From Mobula hypostoma (lineage: Eukaryota), in the NCBI RefSeq assembly GCF_963921235.1, contig NC_086097.1, positions 11,780,001 to 11,844,000 on the forward strand: a stretch of DNA of 64,000 nt, given 5' to 3'. Position numbers and translations under genes: made by a program. Under the pieces are notes generated by a model. The model saw nothing but the letters and a program-made list of their open reading frames with translations. It was not told the DNA's origin and searched no databases. Shown here piece after piece: positions 51,390 to 64,000 of this stretch; position 1 is the stretch's first letter; every line of letters begins with the position of its first letter.

Positions 51390-51860
51390 AGAACAAAATA
51401 CTCTGCAGATGCTGGGGTGAAAGCAACACTCACAACACGCTGGAGGAACTCAGCAGGTCGGGCAGCATCCGTGGAAAAGATCGGTCAGCGTTTCCGGCCG
51501 GAACCCTTCATCAGGACTGTAGAGGGAAGGGACAGAGGCCCTATAAAGGAGGTGGGGGGGAGGCTGGCAAGGAGAAGGCTGGTCAGTTTCAGGTGAAAAA
51601 CCAGTGAGGGGAAAGATAAAGGGGTGGGGGAGGGGGAGCAGGGAGGTGATAGGCAGGAAAGGTGAAGAAAGAATAGGGGAAAACACAATGGGTAGTAGAA
51701 GGAGGCGGAACCAAGAGGGAGGTGGTAGGCAGCTGGGGGAGGGGGCAGAGTGACATAGGGATGGGGGAAGGGAGGGGGAGGGAATTACCGGAAGTGAGAA
51801 TTCTATGTTCATACCAAGGGGTTGGACACTACCTAGACGGTATATGAGGTGTTGCTCCTT
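51390..51860 (-). mobile_element. Penelope-like 3' end of a distinct subfamily
   Basis: ORF 51450-51893 includes KEQHLIYRLGSVQPLGMNIEFS. Ribozyme variant CAGUC-CUGAUGA-AGGGUUCCGGCCG-GAAAC-GCU-GACC. Confidence 0.85.
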
Positions 51861-51889
51861 CCTCCCCCTCCCTCTCCCTTCCCCTATCC

Positions 51890-52662
51890 ACAATGTTGTG
51901 TCGACCCTTAAGCCCTGCCTCCCATATAACCCCCCACCTTAAATTCATCCACATACCTGTCTAGTTATCTCTTAAATTTCATGAGTGTATCTGCCTCCAC
52001 CACTGACTCAGGCAGTGCATTCCATGCACCAACCACTCTCTGAGTAAAAAACTTCCCTCTAATATCCCCCTTGAACTTCCCACCCCTTACCTTAAAGCCA
52101 TGTCTTCTTGTATTGAGCAGTGGTGCTCTGGGGAAGAGGCACTGGCTGTCCACTCTATCTATTCCTCATAATATCTTATATACCTCTATCATGTCTCCTC
52201 TCATCCTCCTTCTCTCTAGAGAGTAAAGCCCTAGCTCCCTTAATCTCTGATCATAATCCATACTCTCTAAACCAGGCAGCATCCTGATAAATCTCCTCTG
52301 TACCCTTTCCAATGCTTCCACATCCTTCCTATAGTGAGGCGACCAGAACTGGACACAGTACTCCAAGTGTGGCCTAACCAGAGTTTTATAGAGCTGCATC
52401 ATTACATCGCGACTCTTAAACTCTATCCCTCGACTTATGAAAGCTAACACCCCATAAGCTTTCTTAACTACCCTATCTACCTGTGAGGCAACTTTCAGGG
52501 ATCTGTGGACATGTACCCCCAGATCCCTGTGCTCCTCCACAGTACCAAGTATCCTGCCATTTATTTTGTACTCTGCCTTGAAGTTTGTCCTTCCAAAGTG
52601 TACCACCTCACACTTCTCTGGGATGAACTCCATCTGCCACTTTTCAGCCCACTCCTGCATCC
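51890..52662 (-). mobile_element. 5'-truncated CR1 fragment
   Basis: ORFs 52166-52684 (RPHLEYCVQFWSPHYRKD) and 51965-52153 (FFTQRVVGAWNALP). Confidence 0.92.
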
Positions 52663-55600
52663 TTTCAGGAAATCTGCAGCTCATGTTCTGTGCATTATTT
52701 CTTTACTTTTTTATTCTATTTGCATGATTTGTCCTCCTTTGCACGTTGGGTATTTGCTGATCTTGTTGTGTGTGTGTGTTTTTTTTTGGTGAATTCACTT
52801 CTGTTTCCTGGTTTTGTGGCTGCCTGCAGGAAGGTGAATCTCAGGGCTGTATATGGTGTGCATAATTTGATAATATCTTGAACTTTGAACTTTGAATGGT
52901 GTCCTGGAGAGACTGAGTCTTCGTATGCCAAAGATGAGCCAGAGAAAAAGCGGTGGCAGGAGGTCCTCAGTATATGTGGGGTAATCTACCCAACATGGAA
53001 TGTCGGCAGGTGAAGAGAAGGGGAGTCCTCTTGTCACAGGGTCCTTTACTAATAAAAGAGGATAATTGTTAATTTATATGATATTTCTACAAAGCATTAG
53101 TTTCTGGGTGTCACTCTTCAGAAAGGATTTCCAGGCCATCCAGAGCAAGCAAAGTGGGGAAAGAGGTGAATTCTTACAATTGAGAAGGTAAAGGAGAGGT
53201 TTATGTTCTCAAAACTACAAAATTGAGGAGGATTTTAAAAGGATGAACAATGAATAATTTTCTTTCTACTGGCAGGGGCTCAATATAGTAAGTACTTCAT
53301 CCGTTTGGCAGAAATAAGAGAGATAAGAAAAATTGCTTTTTACACGGTATGTTGTTCTGGTCTTAGGTACATTGTTGGGATCGGTGGCAGAATGAGACTC
53401 CGTTTAATGGTGAAATAGATATTTTCCTGAAAATGGAACATTTATTGTGGTAAAAGGGATAAATGAGGGAGAGAGAGCAATTTAAAGTAACTTTATTTGC
53501 TGGCTGAGTGGGGCCATAGGAACAACTCCTGACTCAGTATCAGCAAGACCAAAGAGCAGATTCTTGCCTTCAGGAGAAGGAAACCTGAGGTCCATGAGCC
53601 ACTCTTCATCGGAGGATCAGAGGTGCAACTTGAACTTCCTTGGTGTTATTATTTTTGAAGACCTATCCTGGACCCAACACCTAAGTGCCCAATCTGCAGA
53701 TGCTGGAAATTCCTTTCCCCCACCACTACTCTGCAAGCAAGTCTCTCTCAGGTCCCACTGCCAGCTCTTGGGTCCTCAGAGACTCAATCTTCCTTTCACT
53801 CCACCATCCCTGAACACCCCAAACCCTCAGACACTGTTAACCCACTTTCCCCCTTTGATCCCAGCTGTCATCCATGCTGGGGCTTCACCATCCCCTCCAA
53901 CCTGCCCCTCTCTGAGGCAGAATGTTCTGTCCTCAGGAAGAGCCTCACCTTTGTCCCCCTGCGCCCACACTTCAGTGAGTTCCATGCCCGCCACGAGGCT
54001 GAGCTCTTCTTCTGCCGCCTCCTTTTCCGAGTCTATTTCTTTAGCAAGGACTCTCCACCCCGCACCGAAGACCCCTTCTCCCGTCTTCAACCCTCCTCCT
54101 CTTCCTGGACACCTCACCTTGGTCCTCTGCCTGCTCTGGACATTTTCATTGCCAATTGCTGATGGGACATCAACCACCTGGACTTCACCACTCCTATCTC
54201 CAATTCCAACCTCACTTCTTCCGAACACTCTGGTCTCCACACATTCTGCGCTAATCCTAACCTCATCATCAAACTTGCAGGTAAGGAGGTGCTGCAGTAG
54301 TCTGGTAAACTGACTACTGACTTACTGAGGCCCAACGCCAACTCTCAGCCACCTCCTTTTACTTGCCCTTTGAACAGGACCTCCAGTAAGGAGACCATTG
54401 TCTCCCACACCATCACTGACCTTATTAGCTCTGGGGATCTCCCATCCACTGCCACCATCTTCATAGCTCCTGCACCCCACACCTCCCATTTCTACTTCTT
54501 ACCCAAGATCCACAAACCTGCTTCTCCAGGTAGACCGATTGTTTCAGCTTGATCCTGCCCCACTGAACTGATATCTGCATACCTTGACTCTGTTTTATCC
54601 CCGCTAGTTAGTCCCTTCCTACCTACATCCGTGACACTTCACACACTCTGGATGATTTCAGGTTCCCTAGCCCTCATCATCTTATTTTTACTATTGATGT
54701 CCAGTCCCTAATACACCTCCATCCCCAACTAGGAATGCCTCAAAGCTTTCTGTCTCTCTCTGGACATCTGACCCAACCAGTTTCCCTCCACCACCACTCT
54801 CCTCTGCCTAGCGAACTTGTCATCACACCTAATCATTTCTCTTTTGGCTCCTCCCACTTCCTTCAAAGAAAAGGGATTGTCATGGGCACTTGCATGGGTC
54901 CCAACTATGCCTGCCTGTTTATCAGCTATGCGGAACAGTCTATGCTCCCGCACTTTTCCTACACTACATCAACGACTGCATTGCTGCTGCTTCCTGCACC
55001 TGTGCTGAACTCGTCGACTTCATCCACTTTGCCTCCAAATTCCACCCTGCCCTCAAATTTACCTGTCCATTTCCGACACCTCCCTCTCCTTTCTCGATCT
55101 CTCTGTCTTTATCTCTGGAGACAACTTATCTATTGATGTCTATTACAAAACCATGGACTCTCAGAGCTACCTGGACTGTACCTCGTCCCACCTTGTTACT
55201 TGAAAAAAACGCCATCCCCTTCTCTCAATTCCTCCTTCTTCACCACATCTGCTCTCAGGATGAGGGTTTTTCATTCCAGAATGAAGGAGATGTCCTCCTT
55301 CTTCAAAGGAAGGGGCTTCCCTTCCTCTGCCATCAACACTGCCCTCAACTGCATCTCTTCCATTTCGCACATGTCTGCTCTTACCCCATACTCCCGCCAC
55401 CCTACCAGGGTTCCTCTTGTCCTCACCTACCACTTTACCAGCCTCTGCATCCAGCTCGTAATTCTCCGAAACCTCTGCCACCTCCAACTGGATCCCACCA
55501 CCAAACACATCTTTCCCTCCCCCCCCCACTTTCTGCTTTCCACAGTGATCACTCCCTATGCGACTCCCTTGTCCACTCGTCCCTCCCCACTGATCTCCCT

Positions 55601-55893
55601 CCTCACACTTATCCTTGCAAGCAGAACAAGTGTTACACCTGCCCCTACACCTCCTCCCTCACTACCATTCAGGACCTCAAACAGTCCTTCCAGGTGAGGC
55701 GACACTTTTCCTGTGAGTCTGTTGGGGTCATATACTGTGTCCAGTGCTCCCGGTATGGCCTCCTGTACATCAGCGAGAGCTGATGTAGATTGGGAGACCG
55801 CCTTGCTGAGCACCTACGCTCTGTCTGCCAGAAAAAGTGGGTTCTCCCAGTGGCCACCCATTTTAATTCCACTTCCCATTCCCATTCAGATAT

Positions 55894-56250
55894 CACACAC
55901 AAAAAATGCTGGTGAACGTAACAAGCCAGACTGCACCTATAGGAAGAGGTACAGTCGACGTTTCATGATCCTTTCTCTTCTCCAGCCTTGTATCCCTTTT
56001 GCCAATCAACTTTCCAGCTCTTGGCTCCCTCCCTCCGCCTCCCGTCTTCTCCTATCATTTCAGATCTCCTCCTCCCCCTCCCACTTTCAAATCTCTTACT
56101 ATCTCTTCTTTCAGTTAGTCCTGATGAAGGGTCTTGGCCCGAAACGTCGACTGTACCTATTCCTAGAGATGCTGCCTGGCCTGCTGCATTCACCAGCATT
56201 TTTGTGTGCGTTGCTTGAATTTCCAGCATCTGCAGAATTCCTCGTGTTTG
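55894..56250 (+). mobile_element. Younger Penelope terminal-repeat insertion with inverted 5' piece and 13-bp TSD
   Basis: CCCATTCAGATAT at 55881-55893 and 56251-56263; 55894-55965 is the inverted copy of ~56140-56210. Confidence 0.92.
56117..56152 (+). ncRNA. Minimal type I hammerhead ribozyme motif (best-preserved copy)
   Basis: AGUC-CUGAUGA-A-GGG(UCUUGG)CCC-GAAAC-GUC-GACU. Confidence 0.78.
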
Positions 56251-59200
56251 CCCATTCAGATATGTCTACACATAGCATGCTCCACTATCGTGATAAAGCT
56301 ACACTTTGGCTGGACGAACATCACCTTATATTCAGTCTGAGTAGCCTCCAATGTGATGGCATGAACATCAATTCCTCAAATTTCTGATAATGCCCCACCT
56401 CCCCTTCACCATTCTCCATCCCCTTTTCCCTCTCTCACCTTATCTCCTTGGCCACCTATCGCCTCCCTCTGGTGCTCCTCCTCCCCCCCCCCCCGCTTTT
56501 CTTTCATCCAAGGCCTTCTGTCCTCTTCTATCAGACTCCCACTTCTCCAGCCCTGTATCTCTTTCAGCAATCACTTTTCCAACTCTTTACTTCATCCCTC
56601 CCCCTTCAGATTTCACCTGTCACCTTGTGTTTCTCTCTCCCTTCCCCCTACCTTTTAAATCTACTTCTCAGCTTTTTTTTTCCAGTCCTGCCGAAGGGTC
56701 TCGGGCTGAAACACCGACTGAACTTTCTTCCATCGATGCTGCCTGGCCTGCTGAGTTCCTCCAGCATTTTGTGCGTGTTGCATGGCAATGCCTCTACTCC
56801 CTTGGGAGTTTGTGAAGATTCGCATTATGTCTAAAACTTTGACAAATTTCTTATATTGACTGTCTGCATCACAGACAAGTATGGAAATGCCCTTGAACAG
56901 AAAATCCTACAAAAAGTAGTGGATGTGGCCTAGTCCGTCACGGGTCAAGCCTTCTCCATCATCGAGCACATCTACATGAAACGCTGTTGCAGGAAAGCAG
57001 CATCTATCATCAGGGACCTCACCACCCAGGACATTGTCTCTCCTTGGTGCTGCCATCAGGAGGAAGGTACTGGAGCCTCAGGATCCACACCACAAGGTTC
57101 AAGAACAGTTATTGCCTCTCAAACATCAGGCTCTTGAACCAAAGGTGAATATGGAACGGCAAGCATGAGTTTCAGTGCCGACAGTCTGCCTTTTGATCAC
57201 CACCGAAGGAGGATTCTGTGAGTGGCCTATCACTGTGTGGCTTGTTATGGCAGGTGGGTAGCCCTCCCTGCTTCGTGTGGTGTTCCTCTCTTTCGATGAA
57301 TGTTGGTGATACTGTAGGATGTTCTGCGTTTATGGATTGGACTGTTGGGTTTATGGACAGCCGACATTTTCAGGCTTATGGTTTTTATATTGAATCACCT
57401 ATTTCTTTTCCATTTTGTTGTGCGAGGGGAGAGTGTTTGGGCATTGATGGTCTGTTAGTTTTTTTGTGCAGGGGAGAGTTTGTATCTTGGGGATCAATGT
57501 TCTGATGTTACTGTTCCATTTCGTGCAGGGGGAGGGGATTTGAGGGGTTGATAATCAGGACGCCATTCTTTTTTGTGCAGGAGAGGGTGAGTTTGATGTT
57601 TCTCCATAAATGGGCTATCATGTTCTTTCTTTGTTTCACGGTTATCTGGAGAATAAAAATTTTAGAGTTGTATACGGATACATATTTTGATATTAAATGA
57701 AACTTTGAACTTCACTCGACTACACTTGCCCCATCATTGAAATATTCCCACAACCTATGGCCACATTTTCAAGGACTTCATCTCATGTTCTCAATATTTA
57801 TTGCTTATTTATTTGTTATTATTATTTCTTTCTATTTGTATTTGCACAGTTTGTTGTGTTTTCACACTGGTTGAATGCCCACTTTGGGACAGCCTTTCGT
57901 TGATCCTGTTATGGTTATTATTCTACGGATTTGTTGAGTATGCTTACAAGAAAATGAATTTCAGGAATGCTTGTGGTGACTTTGATGATAAACTTACTTC
58001 AAACTTTGAAAGTACATATGTGTCACAATATATTATCCTGAGATTCATTTTCTTGCGGGCATTCACTGTAAACACAAAGAGATACAACAGGATAAATGGA
58101 AAACTGAATACAGGAAGACAGGAAAACAACAAGTGTGCAAAAGGCAACACTCTGTACAAATAAAAAGTGAAGAGAAAAGAAATAAATATTGAGAACTCAA
58201 GATGAAAAGTCCTTAAAAGTGAGTCAATAGATTGTGTGAGTGAGGATGAGAGGAAGATCCGTACATCCCATCACAATTTTGCTGACATTCGGTAAGAAAG
58301 CCGGCAATAATGTGATGGAACATATGGATCTTCTTCTAGGATCCCACGTTCAGTGTAGAGCTGGATGTCTGGATTGTGTCTTGCACTGAAGAATTTCTGC
58401 AATTATTTAATTCTGTGCCATACGTTTCCTGTAACAATGCTTGAGAGCCGATGGCAATATTTAGCTCTCTGGATGAGATATATGCCTCAGCGACTCAACT
58501 ATGATCTGGTTGGTCTAAGCACCCAAGTCTGGATCTTTTGACTAGTGCATTGGATGCCAGTCTGAATAACAATTTCCTGCTTGAGACTTTTCCAATTGGC
58601 TCAATTATGCAGCCAAATCTTGAGCTTGGTGCTGCTTTCAATATAATAATGGTTAATTGGATACAGACCAAATGGTCGATCTTTATGCCAACAGCGGTTT
58701 TGTTAAGCACTTCAGAATGATCGGGAAAGTCAGTGACTGCTAGATCTAAGTAGGCATTAGCTCCTCTTGGAAGGTGAGCCAGCTGGGAGAGATCATTAAC
58801 TGTGAAGGAGAATACAACATGGCCTTAGTGGTTTAAATGTTGCTTTCTTGCCAGCCCTGGTGGTGCCAATTAAAATGACTGATCAAAAGCATGGTTCATC
58901 GAAAGAGTAGCTGGTCCAATTTTGTGATGGCATTCAACAAAGAGGCAAAAAATTCAGCAGCTGATGCTGGATTAAATAAACGCAGCATGGGGACCCTCCC
59001 TTGGCGAAGTGTTTATGTTCTGAAGGATGTTTTATTCTTTTCCTTTAAGAATTTTTGAGCTACTACCTAAAATGTAAGCAATCTCCATAAGGATCTAAGC
59101 CATGCATAAAAGAAATAGAGGCTTGGAATTGATACCATGACATGGCTGAGTAAAGAGTGATGAGAAACAGGGGAGATGAAATTTGGGTGGGTAACTGGAC

Positions 59201-59969
59201 TAAAGATATGGGTATGGCCACTACGCTGCCATGGGGAAGCACGGTAGCGTTAGTGGCTAGCACAACGCTTTACAGTGCAGGCACCCAGGTTCTATCTATT
59301 AGCTGTCTATAAGGAGCTTGTACGTTCTCCCCACCACCATGTGGGATTCGTCCGCGTGATCCAGTTTCCTCCCACAGTCCAAAGATATAACTGGTGGTAG
59401 GTTGTAAATTGTAAATTGTCCTGTGCTTAGGCAAGGATTAAATCTGGGGATTGCTGGGTGGCACGGCTCCAAAAGCCAGAAGAGCCTATTCTGTGCTATG
59501 TCTCAATAAATTATATAAAAAAAACCAAAATGGCAAAAGAGGCTTGAGGGCCTTATGGTCTTTATTCTGTTACTGTTTCATGAGCTATGTTCATGAAAAC
59601 CAGACGAGGTGTAGTTTGGGCTGAATTTCTTAAATATTTGCAAAGAGGATTTATGAACTATGTGCATAAGCAGCTGCAGGCCTACAGGCAGTCATTTCCT
59701 TCTGGTCATCAGTAGAGAGGACACAGGAAATCTGCATTTTCTCGACTATTCCTGCTGGGCTTGCATCGCTGTAGTGTAATTATAAATAAGATCCAGATAA
59801 ATTTGAATGGAAGCTGTCTTTCTCAAGAGGGCACCGTCTTATACACTCAGAGATCTGGAAAGTTTCAGTTTCATTGTGCTGGCTTGGCTGGGAATGGAGA
59901 GTTCACACTCAGATTCATAGAGACACATGGCACAGAACTATGTCCCTGTCAACCCTTACCGATTGTTAT

Positions 59970-60528
59970 TGATGCACCATAGAAGCCATTCTGTCTGGAT
60001 GCATTAAGGTTTGGTGCGGCATCTGCTCTACATGCAACCACAGCAGACTGCAGGGAGTTGTGAACATGACTCAGCACATTACAGGAGCCAGCCTTCCCTC
60101 TAAGGACTCTGTCCATACTTCTTGCTGCCTTCCTTAAAGTAGCCAGCATAATCAAAGACCCCACCCACCCTTGACATTATCTCTTCTCTTCCCTCTCCCA
60201 CTCAGGCAGAAGATACAAAAGCCTGAAAGCATGTAACTCCCGGCTCAAGAACAACTCCTAACCCACTTTTATCAGACTCTTGGCTGAACCTCTTGTACGA
60301 TAAGATGGACTCTCGGCCTCACAGTCAACCTTGTTATGATCTTGCAACTTATTGTTTTCCTGCACTGCACTCTTCGTAGCCTTTACATTTTATTCTGCAT
60401 TGTTATTGCTTTACCTTATTCTATTGTATCTCATTGTACTGTGTAATGATCTGATCTGTATCAACAGTATGTAAGAGAAACTTTTCACTATATCTTGGTA
60501 CATTTAACAATAATAAACCGATACCATA
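59970..60528 (+). mobile_element. Rex1-like LINE 3' fragment
   Basis: TIEAILSGCI..LQGVVN..QHITG..SIIKDPTHP..GRRYKSLKA, then the UTR ending aataaaccgatacc. Confidence 0.8.
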
Positions 60529-63329
60529 CAGGCCTTTAGATCTACAATACCCATTCTGGCCAGCAAGCTCCCGACTACCCTGATCCCACTTACCAGCTCT
60601 TAGTCTGTAACCTTCTACGGTTTGCTGATCAAAGTACTTATTTACATGCTTCTTAAATGACGCACATAACCACATCTAAATAGTGCTCCCATTTGTCTAG
60701 TTTATTCTGAGGTAAAAAAAAATCACTGATCGATATTATGTCTGGATCACCAACCATCAGGCTCTTGAACCAGAGGCGTAACTTCACTCACCTCAGCACT
60801 GAACTGATTCCACCATCTGTGGACTCACTCTTAAGAATTCTACAACTCGTGTTCTTTATTGCTTATTTATTATTACTATTTCTTTTTTGTTGTATTTATA
60901 GATTGTTGTCTTTTGTACATTGGTTGTTTGTCCTTCTTTGCCAAGTGCAGGTTTTCATTGATCCTCTTGTGTTTCTTTGTATTTACAATGAATGTCCACA
61001 AGAAAATGAATCTCATGGTAGAATATGGTGATATACTGTATTTGTGTTTTAGTAATATGACCACAAGATATAGGTGCAGAATCAGGCCATTTGGCCCTCG
61101 AGTCTGCTCCGCCATTTCATCAATGCTAATCCATTTTCCCTCTCAGCCCTCGTCTCCTGCCTTCTTCCTGTTTCTCTTCATACCCTGACTAATCAAGAAT
61201 ATATCAACCTCTGCTTTAAATATACTCAAAGACTTGGCTTCCACAGCCACCTGTGACAACAAATTCCACAGATTCACCACTCTTTGGCTAAAGAAATTCC
61301 TCCTCATCTCCATTCTAACTGGACATCCCTCTAAATTGAGGCTGTGTCCTCTGGTCTTAGACTCCCCCACCACAGTAAACATCCTCTCCACACACACACT
61401 ATTGAGAGCTTGCAACATTTGATACTTTTCAATGAGATCACCCTTCATTCTTCTGAATTCCAAATGAGTACAGGCCCAAAATCATCGAATGTTCTTCATA
61501 TGACAAGACTTTCAATCCTGAAAGTATTTTGGTGAACCCCCTTTGAACCCTTTCCAATTTCAGCACATCCTTATTTATTATTATTATTTCTGGTATTTGT
61601 ACTTACACAGTCTTTTGGACATTGTTTTAATCTGTCTTTGCGTGTGCAGGTTTTCATTGAATTCTATCGCGTTTTTTTATATTTACTGTGAATGCCCACA
61701 AGAAGATGAATCTCGGGGTAGCATATGATGACATATATGTACTTTGATAATAAATTTACTTTGAACCTTGAACTTATAACAGTAGGTAATAGCTGTCCTT
61801 GTGCCAGGTGGGACATATTTTCAGGCTGTTGTACTTTCTGCATAATGGCAAAGGGGAGAAAAGAGAAAGTCCGAGGTTGGTGGGGTCTTTGCTCATGCTG
61901 CCTGTTTTACTTTGGCAGCGAGAAGTATAGACAGAGTCCATGGAGATGAAAGAGATTGGCAAAATACAATAAGTAAGCAATGGCCAATAATGGCATAGCA
62001 CAATGGTGCAACTGGAAGAGGCATTGATAAGGAAAGTAGAGTAGAGTTACCCAGCAAAAAGCAAAAGCACAGACTATAAAATTTTCCATGATACTTAATG
62101 AGGAAAAGATTAGCTCAAACTAATGAAGGCCCTAACAGTAGAAAATATATTCTGGGGTGAGCAAATGGCAAAGATATTGACCAATTTTTTTATTTGCCTA
62201 TCTCTACAGAAGATGCTGTCATGGTTTGGAGTCTTGCGTGCCTCAATGACCCAGAGAACTATGCTGGTTGAAGTCAGGGCTTTATGCTTTGGCTCTTAGT
62301 AGGATCACCTATACAAGCAGGACAAAAGGTAGAGGCCAGATTAAGGGTGTCCACTGGTCCTCCAGTTTGGGAGCATTAGCTCAGGCTGAAAAACCCTGAC
62401 TGGTAAAACAAAATTGTTACTGAAACATGACGAACAATCCGTCTACATCTGAGTGTGATGGTATTCCTGAGTCTCTACCCAGGAATTGCATGACTGACAT
62501 AGTGAAAACCAAGAGGAAGCTGCTGACATGATGGTGGATGCCCTGAGCAGAGATGGTGGACCTTCATTATTGCCCTAAACACCAGTGGATGAAAATGGAA
62601 CCCCAGGAAATTAGCACCAGGAAAATGGCACTGGAGAAGTTAATGGGACTGAGATGATGTCCATGCAACATCTGAGGAATGGATTTCCAAAGTTCTCTCA
62701 GAACATTTTGAATTTTTCTTTAAATATTAGTGGAATATGGACATTACTGGCAAGGCTGACATTTAGTAAGTGATTAATAATTAACTTGCTAGAGAACTCA
62801 GCAGGTTGAGCAGCATCTGTGGGAGGAAAGAAATTGCCAACATTTTAGGTCAAAACCTTGCATCAATTGCTCCAGACTTCAACATCTACAGTCTCTTGTG
62901 CCTCCATTGATTAAGTGACGACTTTTAAATAAAGTAAGCTGTCAGAACAGTTGGTAGAGTTTGATTTAAGACTGCATGGTTATAAGAATAATTTTGAAGG
63001 CACAGATTTTAAATCATAAAGCATTCACATCACGACAAAACAACTGAACGATTCCTGAACTGCCAGGGATGTGTTGTTGTAAAATTATACCATTCCTTCA
63101 TATTGCATGGAAATCTCCTTTTCTGGAAATGTATCCCCAGTCAATTGTGCTAAATCTATTATAAGGCGAGTCAATGTGCTGTAATCTGTCTTGTATATCT
63201 GGCCTCCATAGAGTCACAGAGCATAAAAAAACGGCCACTCAACCCATCATGTCCATACTGACCAGAGGGCCCCACTGATTTTAATTCATTCCATAGTGAT
63301 GTATGCCTTGATACTACTTTTGAGACTTT

Positions 63330-63978
63330 CATTCTCTACGTCACTTATGTGGAATAGCAAGTTTTGACAGAGATCCTGCTTCAGGGTTCTTTACAGGGGA
63401 CCTGCCTGTCTCCGTCTTGTGTTGAGAACCCACCTCAGTTAATGATGAGGGTTCCCAACACTATTCTCCCTCAGGCCATATATTCATCCTGATAGTGTTC
63501 CTTAACCCACTTTCCAACCCTTGATCAATGCAGCTCCCCCGCCTCAGCTACTGACCTGTGGGCTCAGTTACTGAACGCACTCACTTATCTACTGACCATA
63601 TCTACATTCTCCCCTCTCTGTCGTTGACCGCCGGACATCCACAACCCCACGACCAACTTACACTGGCTGCCAGCTCACCCCAATGCCACAACCAACCCTT
63701 ATCCATGCCTCTCTATCAATCTCATCCTGTTCTCAGTTCACAGTGATCATTGTGGTCTGAATCCCTAACATTTGATTCAGGCTGAAACCCTTCATCGGGA
63801 CTCAAAACGGAGATCAAAATGAGGGAGCAATGAGAGGGGGTCTCACTGAATTCCCATCGAAGAGAAGGCTTAAGCTTCTTCAATGTAGACGTACCTCAAA
63901 GAGATTTTGTAGTGAAGCAGTAAGTCATAGACACAAGAGGCAGATGCTAGAAATCTGATGAAGTGTCTCGGCCCGAGA
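63330..63978. mobile_element. Very decayed Penelope-like fragments and ribozyme remnants
   Basis: Weak similarity to 54930-55560; caggctgaaacccttcatcgggact at ~63778-63802 (minus) and ctgatgaagtgtctcggcccgagac at ~63955-63979. Confidence 0.5.
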
Positions 63979-64000
63979 CCATAAGACCTTATGATATAGG

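Larger units (their letters stand above)
53690..56781 (+). mobile_element. Long decayed Penelope-like element (RT + GIY-YIG endonuclease + terminal repeat) inserted in a Rex fragment
   Basis: LSEAECSVLRKSLTFVP (~53910), FYFLPKIHKPASPGRPIVSA (ORF 54370-54552), GIVMGTCMGPNYACLF (ORF 54735-55136), LHYINDC (YIDD motif), FSCESVGVIYCVQCSRYGLLYISE (GIY-YIG; ORF 54890-55783). Rex coding flanks at 53540-53690 and from 56782. Confidence 0.92.

Noticed and set aside
53564..54313. 249-aa Pro/Ser-rich ORF
   Set aside because: It spans a Rex/Penelope junction and is mostly an off-frame reading of C-rich Penelope sequence.
55713..56387. 224-aa ORF, and recurring short peptides such as MLEIQATH and DAAWPAAF elsewhere
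   Set aside because: Translations of the non-coding Penelope terminal repeat; they recur because the repeat recurs.
58538..58720. 60-aa ORF in the unique island as a coding exon
   Set aside because: Non-ATG start, no recognisable motif and no clear splice signals.
1..64000. Host protein-coding gene or prokaryotic-style system (operon, CRISPR, defence island)
   Set aside because: All ORFs with recognisable motifs are TE-derived; there is no regularly spaced repeat-spacer array and no convincing exon. Small exons cannot be excluded without RNA data.

Overview
Eukaryotic (vertebrate) non-coding DNA, not prokaryotic. No intact host gene, rRNA/tRNA gene or CRISPR array can be supported. Most of the window is layered transposable-element debris: CR1, Rex1/Babar-like, L2, RTE and R4/Dong LINEs, Penelope-like elements (PLEs), a decayed Gypsy element, two solo LTRs, Tc1-type DNA elements and tRNA-derived SINEs. 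This mix resembles a cartilaginous-fish (ray/shark) intron or gene desert (inference). Nearly all ORFs in the track are TE fragments or chance frames; the only long clean ORF is a young, 5'-truncated CR1 reverse transcriptase (38829-40246). The most interesting signal is a family of minimal hammerhead ribozyme motifs (AGUC-CUGANGA-stem II-GAAAC-GUH-GACU) in PLE terminal repeats. Several sit in short fold-back insertions, one carrying an intact-looking ribozyme on each strand (22911-23199). Also notable: a templated copy preserving the pre-insertion state of the CR1 site, deep TE nests with readable TSDs, and TE-free motif-rich islands that may be conserved enhancers. All coordinates were read by eye, boundaries of old fragments are approximate, and family names come from motif recognition, not a database search.
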